The notes beneath the pieces are model-generated. The model saw nothing but the letters and a program-made list of their open reading frames with translations, had not been told where the DNA came from and ran no database searches. Positions 19,783 to 28,304 of a stretch of 28,400 bases of DNA are shown here, piece by piece. Positions within the stretch are counted from its first letter, which is position 1. Each line of letters opens with the position of its first letter. The position numbers and the translations under genes were made by a program. The stretch covers positions 1 to 28,400 of the forward strand of contig CAXBQP010000039.1 in the NCBI GenBank assembly GCA_963978095.1, given 5' to 3'. This stretch comes from an uncultured bacterium (lineage in GTDB: Bacteria; Gemmatimonadota; Gemmatimonadetes; Gemmatimonadales; Gemmatimonadaceae).

Positions 19783-20243
19783 TGGCCGCAGTGAAGTCGC
19801 GCCACCTGGCGATCCTCGCCGTGGTCGGTATCCTCGGCACGTTCGCGTGGCTGCTGTACGGCGGACTCGACAAGAACGTCGTGTACTTCTGGACGCCCAA
19901 GGAGCTGATCGCCAAGGGCGATGCCGGATTCGAGAAACCTGTGCGCCTCGGCGGGCAGGTGAAGCCCGGCACCGTCGTCTGGGACGACAAGACGCTCGAT
20001 CTGCGGTTCGTGATCACGGACGTCGATGGCGTGAGTGACATCGTGGTGCACTCCAAGGGGGCGCCCCCGCAGATGTTCCGCGACGCGATGGGGGTGGTGG
20101 TCGAGGGACGGTATGGGCGCGACAAGGTCTTCCAGTCCTCGAGCCTGATGGTCAAGCACTCCAACGAGTACAAGGCCCCCAAGCCGGGTCAGAGCGGGAA
20201 GGACATGGTGAAGACGCTGATGCAGGGGAACAGCACCACGTGA
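19782..20243 (+). CDS. ccmE: Heme chaperone CcmE
   Basis: N-terminal TM, VYFWTP, VRLGGQVKPG, PQMFRDAMGVVVEG and the heme-binding KHSNEY (HxxxY). GTG 19779 is an alternative start. Confidence 0.93.
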   Translation: MAAVKSRHLAILAVVGILGTFAWLLYGGLDKNVVYFWTPKELIAKGDAGFEKPVRLGGQVKPGTVVWDDKTLDLRFVITDVDGVSDIVVHSKGAPPQMFRDAMGVVVEGRYGRDKVFQSSSLMVKHSNEYKAPKPGQSGKDMVKTLMQGNSTT

Positions 20244-22240
20244 CCGGAACTCTGGCGCACGGCGCGATTCTCGTCTCCCTCGCGGTGGTGGCGTTCGGGA
20301 TGTGCTTCATCCCGTTCGCGATCTCGCGCGATCGTCGGGACTGGGTGGCACTCGCCTATTCGGCGGTCTACACGAACTTCCTGCTGATCACCATCGCCAC
20401 GGTCGCGATGGTGTGGGCGCTCGTCGCGCACGACTTCTCGGTGTCGTATGTGGCGCAGGTCGGGAGCAAAGCCACGCCCGTGTTCTACACGATCATTTCA
20501 CTGTGGGGCGCGCTGGAAGGCTCGATCCTCTTTTGGGCCTGGGTGCTGGCGATGTATGCGGCGGTCGTCGTGTGGATCAATGCGCAGCGCCCGGGGAACT
20601 TGGTCCCGTACGCGGCAACGGCCTTGCTCGGCATCTCCCTGTTCTTCGGCATCCTGCTGGTGGGGCCGGCGGATCCGTTCAAGCCGGTCTATCCGGTGCC
20701 GCTCGATGGACCTGGGCCGAACCCGCTCCTGCAGAACCACATCCTGATGGCCGTGCATCCCCCGCTGCTGTATCTCGGCTACGTCGGGATGGCCGTACCG
20801 TTTGCGTTCGCGGTCGGGGCGATGCTGTCCGGCGAGGTGCTGACCGACGACTGGATCACGATCACCCGACGGTGGACCTTGGCGTCATGGGGACTGCTGT
20901 CGGCGGCGATCATCGCCGGCATGTGGTGGTCATACGAAGTGCTCGGATGGGGCGGGTACTGGGCGTGGGATCCCGTCGAGAACGCTTCGTTCATGCCGTG
21001 GCTGACCGCGACCGCCTTCTTGCACTCGGTGATGGTCCAGGAGCGCCGCGGCATGCTCCGACTCTGGAACCTGAATCTCGTCGTCGGCACGTTCGTTCTC
21101 ACGATCCTCGGGACGTTCCTGACCCGGTCCGGGATCATCTCGTCGGTGCACGCATTCACGACGGGGACCATCGGCTACTACTTTTTGGCGTTCATTGCGG
21201 TGACGCTGCTCGCGGCACTGGCCCTCGTCGCCGGGACATCGGGACGCCTCACGTCGGAGAATCGCTTCGACTCGGCCGCATCGCGAGAGACGGTCTTCCT
21301 GTTGAACAACCTGTTCCTCACCGCGTTCATGTTCACGGTGCTGCTGGGCACCCTGTTCCCGCTCGTGGCGGAATCGGTGCGCGGCGTGAAGGTCAGCGTT
21401 GGCGAGCCGTTCTTCAATCGCATGTCGTTGCCGATGATCGTGGCGCTGCTGTTTCTGATGGGGGTTGGCCCTGCGATGCCGTGGAAGCGGATCGGGATGA
21501 CGGAGCTGAAGGCCAAGTTGCGCGCGCCGCTCGTGGGGGCCATCGTGATGCTGGTCGTCGCGATCGCGGTTGGCGCGCGCAATGTCTACGCGCTGGTGAC
21601 CTTCGCGTTCGTCGGATTCTCCGGCGCTGCCAACAAGTTCGAGTTCTGGTACGGCATGCGGGCGCGCCACCGCGCGCACGGTGAGAACTATCTCATCGCG
21701 CTGTTGCGCCTGATGGCGGGGAACCGTCGCCGCTACGGCGGCTATGTTGCGCATCTGGGCATCCTCACGGTCGCCTTGGGGATCGCGGCATCGAGCACGT
21801 TCCGGACGGAGACCGAGGCCACGCTGAAGCCCGGCGACTCCATGACCGTCTCCGGGCATACCGTACGCCTCAAGCAGGTGTGGGGACGCGAAGAGGTGCA
21901 GCGTTCGGTGATCGGCGCGACGTTGGAAATCGTGCAGAACGGTGCCGTGACCGGAACGATCGAGCCGAAGATGAATTTCTATCCGACCTCCCAGCAGCCG
22001 GTGCCGACGCCGCAGGTCAACAGCTCGTTCGCCGGCGATTTGTACGCGAACCTTCAGGCGTTCCGCCCGGATGGATCGAGTGCCACCGTGCGGTTGATTT
22101 ATGAGCCGCTGGTGCCGTGGATCTGGTTCGGTGGCATGATCGTGGTGTTCGGCTCCATCCTGTCGATGCTTCCCGCTCGGACGCGGGGCGTCGACGCGGT
22201 CGCGACCGCTGGCGCCGCGAGCGCGGAAGTCGCCGCATGA
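20240..22240 (+). CDS. ccmF: Cytochrome c heme lyase CcmF
   Basis: WGALEGSILFW, NPLLQ, HPPLLYLGYVG, WGGYWAWDPVENASFMPWL and GTFLTRSGIISSVHAF motifs. Confidence 0.96.
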   Translation: MTGTLAHGAILVSLAVVAFGMCFIPFAISRDRRDWVALAYSAVYTNFLLITIATVAMVWALVAHDFSVSYVAQVGSKATPVFYTIISLWGALEGSILFWAWVLAMYAAVVVWINAQRPGNLVPYAATALLGISLFFGILLVGPADPFKPVYPVPLDGPGPNPLLQNHILMAVHPPLLYLGYVGMAVPFAFAVGAMLSGEVLTDDWITITRRWTLASWGLLSAAIIAGMWWSYEVLGWGGYWAWDPVENASFMPWLTATAFLHSVMVQERRGMLRLWNLNLVVGTFVLTILGTFLTRSGIISSVHAFTTGTIGYYFLAFIAVTLLAALALVAGTSGRLTSENRFDSAASRETVFLLNNLFLTAFMFTVLLGTLFPLVAESVRGVKVSVGEPFFNRMSLPMIVALLFLMGVGPAMPWKRIGMTELKAKLRAPLVGAIVMLVVAIAVGARNVYALVTFAFVGFSGAANKFEFWYGMRARHRAHGENYLIALLRLMAGNRRRYGGYVAHLGILTVALGIAASSTFRTETEATLKPGDSMTVSGHTVRLKQVWGREEVQRSVIGATLEIVQNGAVTGTIEPKMNFYPTSQQPVPTPQVNSSFAGDLYANLQAFRPDGSSATVRLIYEPLVPWIWFGGMIVVFGSILSMLPARTRGVDAVATAGAASAEVAA

Positions 22241-22857
22241 ATCGCACCCGCGCCGTCATCGGCATGCTGATCGCGATCCCCGTGATCTGGCTGTTCGCGA
22301 GAAGCATGGGACGAGACCCCCGCGATCTTGGGCCGTCGCCGTTGGCGGGTCGGGACGCCCCGGGATTCCGGTTGGCGGTCTTCGCGCCGGGACAAGCGGC
22401 GCTGTCGCGTCCCGTGGGAGACACCGTGCGACTGGACGATCTCAAGGGACAGGTCGTGGTGCTGAACTTCTGGGCATCGTGGTGCCTCGCCTGTCGCGAC
22501 GAGCACGAGACCCTGTCCGAGGTTGCGCGGAACTACATCGGAAAGCCGGTCCACTTCCTGGGGGTCCTGTACAACGACGATGCCCTCTCCGGCAACAAGT
22601 GGATCGCCGAGATGGGCGGTCAGAGTTATCCCTCGGTCCTCGATCCCGGGGCGCGTACCGCCATCGACTACGGGTTGTATGGAGTGCCCGAGACCTTTTT
22701 CCTGGATGCCGACGGGCGTGTCGCATTCAAGAATACCGGTCCTGTGACCGCCACGGTGCTGCATCGGGTGGTGGATTCCCTCATGGCCGCGGCGGCCACC
22801 GTGGGCGTCCCCAAACATGGCGCGCAAGCGGCCCCGGCCGGCGCAGGCCCCAAGTGA
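22237..22857 (+). CDS. ccmG: Thiol:disulfide oxidoreductase CcmG/DsbE (TlpA/ResA-like)
   Basis: N-terminal TM, VVLNFWASWCLAC and YGVPETFFLD. ATGA overlap with ccmF. Confidence 0.9.
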   Translation: MNRTRAVIGMLIAIPVIWLFARSMGRDPRDLGPSPLAGRDAPGFRLAVFAPGQAALSRPVGDTVRLDDLKGQVVVLNFWASWCLACRDEHETLSEVARNYIGKPVHFLGVLYNDDALSGNKWIAEMGGQSYPSVLDPGARTAIDYGLYGVPETFFLDADGRVAFKNTGPVTATVLHRVVDSLMAAAATVGVPKHGAQAAPAGAGPK

Positions 22858-23369
22858 TGCGTACGCTGGTGCGAGTCGTCGTGCTCTCGCTCGCGCTGGT
22901 GTCACCGCTGCGCGCCCAAGCGGCGACCGCTGCAACCCGAGACGCGCAGGTCGTCACGCCGGAAGGATTACGTCCGTCGGCGAAATCCCAGGCCACCGAC
23001 CCCGCGCTCGAAGCGCGCACCAGCGAGGTCGCGTCCGGGCTTCGGTGCCCCGTCTGCCAGGGGCTCTCCATCCAGGATTCCCCCTCGGAGCTCGCGCAGC
23101 AGATGCGGAGTCTCGTGCGTGACCAGCTCGCCGCGGGGAAAACCGGCGAGGAGGTCCGCGCCTATTTCATCTCCAAGTACGGCGAGTGGATTCTGCTCGA
23201 ACCCAAAGCGTCCGGGTTCAACGCCCTCGTGTACGTACTGCCGGTGGCGCTGGTGTTGGGTGGACTCCTGTTCATCCTGACCCTCGTCCGCCGCTGGACC
23301 GTCGTCCCCACCGACGGCGACCTCCCCTCGGGCGTCGAGCGCCCTGATCCCGACACCGACGACGTGTAA
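22857..23369 (+). CDS. ccmH: Cytochrome c biogenesis protein CcmH
   Basis: Signal peptide, LRCPVCQGLSIQDS, YFISKYGEWILLEP and a C-terminal TM. The ATG overlaps the ccmG stop (TGATG). Confidence 0.93.
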   Translation: MRTLVRVVVLSLALVSPLRAQAATAATRDAQVVTPEGLRPSAKSQATDPALEARTSEVASGLRCPVCQGLSIQDSPSELAQQMRSLVRDQLAAGKTGEEVRAYFISKYGEWILLEPKASGFNALVYVLPVALVLGGLLFILTLVRRWTVVPTDGDLPSGVERPDPDTDDV

Positions 23370-23375
23370 GTGGAA

Positions 23376-23403
23376 GGATGCCTGACCGGTCAGTCAGGCA
23401 TCC
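23376..23403. terminator. 11-bp inverted repeat after ccmH (terminator-like hairpin or operator)
   Basis: GGATGCCTGAC-cggtca-GTCAGGCATCC, 7 nt after the ccmH stop. There is no immediate U-tract. Confidence 0.5.
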
Positions 23404-23523
23404 GGATACCAAGTTTCAGGTTTCTCCCTACGGGTTATTTCGGCGTGCGCCGTAATGTTCTCCTCGGTAGGAGCCGGAGCTTCGCATCACTTCCATGTTG
23501 GGCCCTCTGGAGGACGAGATCTT

Positions 23524-24921
23524 ATGAGGCGCTCCATTGTTCAGACCATCACGACTCTCGCCGTCGTCGCCGCCGCGCTGAGCGTCGGATGCACCACGGA
23601 GAAGATCGTCTATCGCAGCGGTTCGAACTTCGTGGCCCCCCCGGGCTCCGCGAAGAGCTTTGTGGGATACAGCGACGAGACCAGCAAGCAGACGGTGTGC
23701 GGCGGTTGCCACGTTGACGCGCAGTCGCGCTGGGTGACCACCAAGCACGCGAGCGCGTGGAATACGCTGTCGACCAGTGGGTCCATGCAGGGCTATTGCC
23801 AGGGATGCCATACGGTCGGCGCCTACGGCAACGCGGCGACCGACACCACGGTCGGGTGGAACGGGTCGAAGGATGCGCGTTATCACGACGTGCAGTGCGA
23901 GAGCTGCCACGGCGCCGGCCTGACGCATGCCAGCAGCCCCACCTCGAGCAACCGCCCGCTCGCCAGCATCAAGGCCGACACGAATCTGACGACCGGCTGC
24001 GGCGAGTGCCACAGTGGCACGCACAACCCTTTCGTCCAGGAATGGCGCCTCTCGGGTCATTCCAAGACCGCGACGCTCACCGCCACGATCAAAACGAACA
24101 CCTACTGCCAGACCTGCCACACGGCGCAGGGCGCGCTGGTGGCATGGGGAGTGAGCAGCAACTATGCGGAGAAGGCCGACACGGGCTCCGCCCTGCTGTC
24201 GACCGTGTGCGCGGTCTGCCATGCTCCGCACGGCTCGGCCAACGCCAAGCAGCTCAGGTTCCCCGTCACCACGGCCAACACCGAAACGAATCTGTGCATG
24301 AAGTGCCACCAGCGCCGGTCGAACGTCGACATCACCACGACCAGCGGCGCGCACTCCCCCGAAGGTCCCACCCTGCTCGGCACGGCCGGTTGGTTCCCCC
24401 CGGGCATGAGCCCGGCCGACTCGCTGATCGGTTCGCACGGGAACACGGACCGCAATCCGAACTTGTGCGCGACGTGCCATGTGAGCCGCAACACCATCAC
24501 GGACAAGGCGACCGGCAAGTTCGTCTTCCAGAGCACCGGACACCGGTTCCTCGCGACCCCGTGCGTCGACGCGAACGGTCAGCCGACGGAGAGCCAGACG
24601 TGCACGGTGTCCGCGCAGACCTTCCGCAGTTGCGTTGCCTCGGGGTGCCACGCGAGTGAGACGGCGGCACGCAGCGCATTTGCGACGGCGGATGCGCGCA
24701 TCGCCACGTTGGCCACGACGCTCAGTACGCTGGTGACGCAGGCAAAGGCCAAGAAGCCGACGGATTTCGTCGCGTCGGCACCGATGAACACAGGCCGCGG
24801 TTCTGCCTTCAACGTCACCTTGGCACAAAAGGCGGGAGCGTCGGTGCACAACCCGTTCTTGATCGAGCAGTTGCTCCTCGGAAGCATCAAGCAGATCAAG
24901 ATCGACTACGCGCTCCCGTAA
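23524..24921 (+). CDS. Multiheme c-type cytochrome lipoprotein (8 CxxCH + 1 CX4CH; NrfA/c552-like C-terminus)
   Basis: GGAGG RBS and lipobox LSVGC. Motifs CGGCH, CQGCH, CESCH, CGECH, CQTCH, CAVCH, CMKCH, CATCH and CVASGCH. The C-terminal helical region contains GASVHNP. Confidence 0.88.
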   Translation: MRRSIVQTITTLAVVAAALSVGCTTEKIVYRSGSNFVAPPGSAKSFVGYSDETSKQTVCGGCHVDAQSRWVTTKHASAWNTLSTSGSMQGYCQGCHTVGAYGNAATDTTVGWNGSKDARYHDVQCESCHGAGLTHASSPTSSNRPLASIKADTNLTTGCGECHSGTHNPFVQEWRLSGHSKTATLTATIKTNTYCQTCHTAQGALVAWGVSSNYAEKADTGSALLSTVCAVCHAPHGSANAKQLRFPVTTANTETNLCMKCHQRRSNVDITTTSGAHSPEGPTLLGTAGWFPPGMSPADSLIGSHGNTDRNPNLCATCHVSRNTITDKATGKFVFQSTGHRFLATPCVDANGQPTESQTCTVSAQTFRSCVASGCHASETAARSAFATADARIATLATTLSTLVTQAKAKKPTDFVASAPMNTGRGSAFNVTLAQKAGASVHNPFLIEQLLLGSIKQIKIDYALP

Positions 24922-24924
24922 CCG

Positions 24925-26823
24925 TTGTCCTCTCTGGTGCCAGTTCTGCTGCACGTTGCGGGTTCGGGGGCCGCGCCTGACGGGGCGCTGTCCACCGAAC
25001 CCGCGGCGCGTTTGTTCCGGTTCCTGTTCTCCGTGGTCCCGCAGTGGGTCCAACTCTCCGGCATTCTGATCGGCGTTCCCGTCGGACTGATCGTGGCCTG
25101 GTTGCTGTGGAAGAACCGCCTGGCCGTGCTGGCCTGGTTCCGCGCCCGATCGCGCGGTTTCCAGATCGCCCTCGTCAGCGCCTTCGCCATCGTGTCGCTG
25201 AGTGGCACCGGGACCGGATTGGTCGGTTATCACTACATGATGCACAACAACGACTTCTGCCAGTCGTGCCACATCATGGATACCGCCTGGAACCGCTTCC
25301 AAGTCTCCGCCCACAAGTCGCTGACCTGTCACGAATGCCATCGTCAGCCGATCTGGGTGAGTTCGATCGAGCTTTATTGGTGGGTGACGGAACGGCGCAT
25401 GGCCGTCCCGGCGCACGACAAAGTCCCAACCAAAGTGTGTGCCGAGTGCCACATGCAGGGGGGCGGGGATTCGTCGCGCAAGAACATCATGCTCACGGCT
25501 GGACATGTCGTGCACATGAAGTCCGACTCCGCCGCGCTCAAGCACGTGCAATGCACCACCTGCCACGGACGGGATTTCCATAAATTCACGCCCAACAACG
25601 CGACTTGCGCCCAATCGGGCTGTCACACCGACAAGAAGGTGAAACTCGGCGCGATGTCGCAGGCGGGCTTCCTGCACTGCGTCGTGTGCCATTCCTTCCG
25701 CAATCGCGTGAAGGACACGACGGACGTCAAGCAGGCCTCGAAGTCGATGTCCCCGACCAGCATCCAGTGCTACGGCTGTCACGAGATGACGGATCGGATG
25801 AAGAAGTTCGACCTGACGTCGGACCCGCATCGCGGGGGCTGCGGCACGTGTCACAACCCGCACCGGCAGGAAACGCCCAAGGAAGCGCTGAAGAGTTGCG
25901 CGACCGCGCAGTGCCACGGATCGACCGATACGCTCACGGCGTTCCATCGAGGGCTGGGGGCGCACGCGCTCGACGAATGCAGTGCCTGTCACAAGCCGCA
26001 CAGCTGGAAGGTCAAGGGCAGCGAGTGCCTGGCGTGCCACAAGAACATCTACGCCGACCGTCCCTCACTCCGGAAAGCGACGGCTCCGCCACCCCTCTGG
26101 GATCCCCCGGTGAAACACCCGCAGGCGTGGGAGCCGACCACGCCCCCCGGCGGGCCGTCAGCGTCCGACGCGGACGACGGAGTGTCCGCAGCGGTCGCGA
26201 TCGATGAGCGCGTCGCGGCGCGGGCGACGCACGACGCGGTGTCCCGCGATTCGACGCGCTTTCCGCATGCGCGACACAAGACAGTGCCTTGCGCCGATTG
26301 CCACGCGACCTCCAGTACGCATGGCGGCGTGAAGGTCACGCGGCCGGACGGATGCCGCAACTGTCATCACGCATCCTCCCAGAAGGCCTCGTGTGCCAGT
26401 TGCCACCAACAAGGGCCGAGTGCGGCGCGCACGGTCGACGTGAAGATGACCGTCACGGCGCGGAGGATTCCGCAGGTGGAACGAGCGCTCACCTTCGCGC
26501 ATGCACGCCACGCGGCACTCGCCTGTACGCAGTGCCACGATGACTCCCCGACTCGCGCACCGAAGGCGACCTGCCTCGGCTGTCACGCCGATCATCATCA
26601 GCCCAAGCGAGAATGCGCCGCTTGTCACACGGGCGCCAAGACCGGACATGACCGGGCCGCGCACGACGCGTGCGCGTCCTGTCATACGGCCCCGTGGGTG
26701 GCGCAGCTCCCGTCGTCTCGCACGCTCTGCCTCGCATGCCACGACACGCAGCGCACGCATGAGCCGGGACACGAGTGCTCAATCTGTCATCTGGTGAGTC
26801 CCCATGCCGGAGGACGCCAATGA
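24925..26823 (+). CDS. Membrane-anchored NapC/NirT-like multiheme cytochrome c with 20 heme motifs (18 CxxCH + 2 CX4CH)
   Basis: Two N-terminal hydrophobic segments followed by the NapC/NrfH-type DFCQSCHIM...SAH...CHECH. It has 11 heme motifs, then a Pro-rich linker, then 9 more. The start codon is uncertain (TTG 24925 or GTG 24937). Confidence 0.85.
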   Translation: MSSLVPVLLHVAGSGAAPDGALSTEPAARLFRFLFSVVPQWVQLSGILIGVPVGLIVAWLLWKNRLAVLAWFRARSRGFQIALVSAFAIVSLSGTGTGLVGYHYMMHNNDFCQSCHIMDTAWNRFQVSAHKSLTCHECHRQPIWVSSIELYWWVTERRMAVPAHDKVPTKVCAECHMQGGGDSSRKNIMLTAGHVVHMKSDSAALKHVQCTTCHGRDFHKFTPNNATCAQSGCHTDKKVKLGAMSQAGFLHCVVCHSFRNRVKDTTDVKQASKSMSPTSIQCYGCHEMTDRMKKFDLTSDPHRGGCGTCHNPHRQETPKEALKSCATAQCHGSTDTLTAFHRGLGAHALDECSACHKPHSWKVKGSECLACHKNIYADRPSLRKATAPPPLWDPPVKHPQAWEPTTPPGGPSASDADDGVSAAVAIDERVAARATHDAVSRDSTRFPHARHKTVPCADCHATSSTHGGVKVTRPDGCRNCHHASSQKASCASCHQQGPSAARTVDVKMTVTARRIPQVERALTFAHARHAALACTQCHDDSPTRAPKATCLGCHADHHQPKRECAACHTGAKTGHDRAAHDACASCHTAPWVAQLPSSRTLCLACHDTQRTHEPGHECSICHLVSPHAGGRQ

Positions 26824-28304
26824 GGGACCGCTCGCGCCGGAGCGCCGCCCTGATCGGCGCTCTGATGGCGGTGACCGCGGCGCCGCCGGTGGCGATGGCG
26901 CAGGGGCTCCGCATCACCGGCGTCACCAGCATGCAGTACGTGCAGCTGCGTCCCATGGCGCGTGATTCCACCTTCGCGCCGTATGACCCGAATGCTGAGG
27001 AATGGCGCCCCCGCCCCGACGGCGTGCTCATGCACTGCGGAAGTTCCAACTACTGCTATTGGTACGCGTCGCAAGCCGTCGCCAGCGCGGCTCCGGTGCT
27101 CCAAGATCTCTCGCTCACGGCGTGGGGAGGGGCGCAGGGGCTCAGCGTCCACGCGGACGTTCGCGCGCGCGCGCCACTCATCGCCAAGGGCTTCACCTAC
27201 CCGCGCTCCGACGACGCGGTCTCGTTGCTTGACGCCTACGTGGAGGTACAACGCTCGTGGGGACGTGCGCGCTTCGGTCGACAGTGGGTCATCGGCGGAC
27301 TCGGGTCCTACGACTTCGATGGCGCCAGTGCGCTCGTGCGCCGCGGACGCTGGAGCTACGAGGGGTGGGCGGGGCGCGCGTTGATCGGAGGGCTCAATGA
27401 TTCGCATGCGAGCGGGGCGCTCGCCACGCTCGAGAACTTTCCGCCGGATCAGGACGGATGGATCCTCGGCGCGCGGACGCGGCTGCGGACCGCCGCGGGT
27501 TCGAGTCTCGCCGCGATGTATCAGCGCGTGCTCATCGCCGATCGGAGCGGCGTCTATTCGGAGCGCGCCGCCCTCGATGCGACCACGCGCTGGTCCGCGC
27601 TCGCGCTCGACGGCGCCGCAGCCTACGACTTCGCGACCGGCGTCTGGAACGAAGCGCGCCTTCGACTGCATACCATGCGCGCGGGTCCCGCGGCCATGTC
27701 GGCGGAGCTGCGTCACCACGTGCCATTCTTCGAGCTCTGGACCATTTGGGGCGCCTTCAATCCCGTGGGTTACAACGAAGCGCGGAGTACCGTCGATTGG
27801 CATCCTGCGGGAAGCCATGTGACGCTCTCCGCACATGGCGCCTACCGCAAATACGAGGATGCCGATGCCGGGGTGAGTCTTCGCACCGATGGCTGGCGTG
27901 CCGGCGCCGATCTTGGCTGGGCGGGCAGTGGATCCTTTTCGGCGCTCGGCACTTACGAAGTGACCATCGGCAACGGGGCGTCGCGTAACGATGCGAGTGC
28001 AGCGCTCCGCTATACGAGGGGCGACGCGCTCGCCGTCGGACTCGACCTGTCCGCGCTGCAGAACATCTACGAGTTTCGGGTTGGCACCGGTCGCGTGTTC
28101 GGAGTCGCGGTCAGTGTGGCCAGGCGGATCGTTGACGATCTACGTCTCTCGGGTGACGTCGGTATTTATCGCCACCAACAGCTGCTGGGCGCCCCAGGGC
28201 CCGACTGGAATCAGCAACGCGCATCGCTCCGGTTGGAGTGGTCGGTCGGACGCGATCCCGGGTTGGCCTCCACCGGAAGGCCGGGTGTCACGGTGACGCC
28301 GTGA
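26820..28304 (+). CDS. Predicted outer-membrane beta-barrel protein (putative porin of a porin-cytochrome complex)
   Basis: Sec signal peptide ending AMA|QG and no CxxCH. Rich in Gly/Ala/Trp/Tyr/Arg with many alternating amphipathic strands (AYVEV, RARFGRQW, WSYEGWAG, LRLSGDVGIY, RASLRLEWSVG). ATGA overlap with the 20-heme gene. Confidence 0.7.
   Translation: MRDRSRRSAALIGALMAVTAAPPVAMAQGLRITGVTSMQYVQLRPMARDSTFAPYDPNAEEWRPRPDGVLMHCGSSNYCYWYASQAVASAAPVLQDLSLTAWGGAQGLSVHADVRARAPLIAKGFTYPRSDDAVSLLDAYVEVQRSWGRARFGRQWVIGGLGSYDFDGASALVRRGRWSYEGWAGRALIGGLNDSHASGALATLENFPPDQDGWILGARTRLRTAAGSSLAAMYQRVLIADRSGVYSERAALDATTRWSALALDGAAAYDFATGVWNEARLRLHTMRAGPAAMSAELRHHVPFFELWTIWGAFNPVGYNEARSTVDWHPAGSHVTLSAHGAYRKYEDADAGVSLRTDGWRAGADLGWAGSGSFSALGTYEVTIGNGASRNDASAALRYTRGDALAVGLDLSALQNIYEFRVGTGRVFGVAVSVARRIVDDLRLSGDVGIYRHQQLLGAPGPDWNQQRASLRLEWSVGRDPGLASTGRPGVTVTP

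Noticed and set aside
23428..26040. 870-aa minus-strand ORF
   Set aside because: Antisense to two well-supported multiheme cytochrome genes, with Arg/Gly-rich shadow composition.
23524..26823. Calling the pair nrfA/nrfH (ammonifying nitrite reductase)
   Set aside because: There is no CxxCK motif, the heme counts (9 and 20) do not match 5 and 4, and the pair is linked to a beta-barrel gene.
26820..28304. Assigning the symbol mtrB/pioB to the barrel
   Set aside because: It is shorter than typical MtrB/PioB and I recognise no MtrB-specific sequence. It needs an HMM or structure search.
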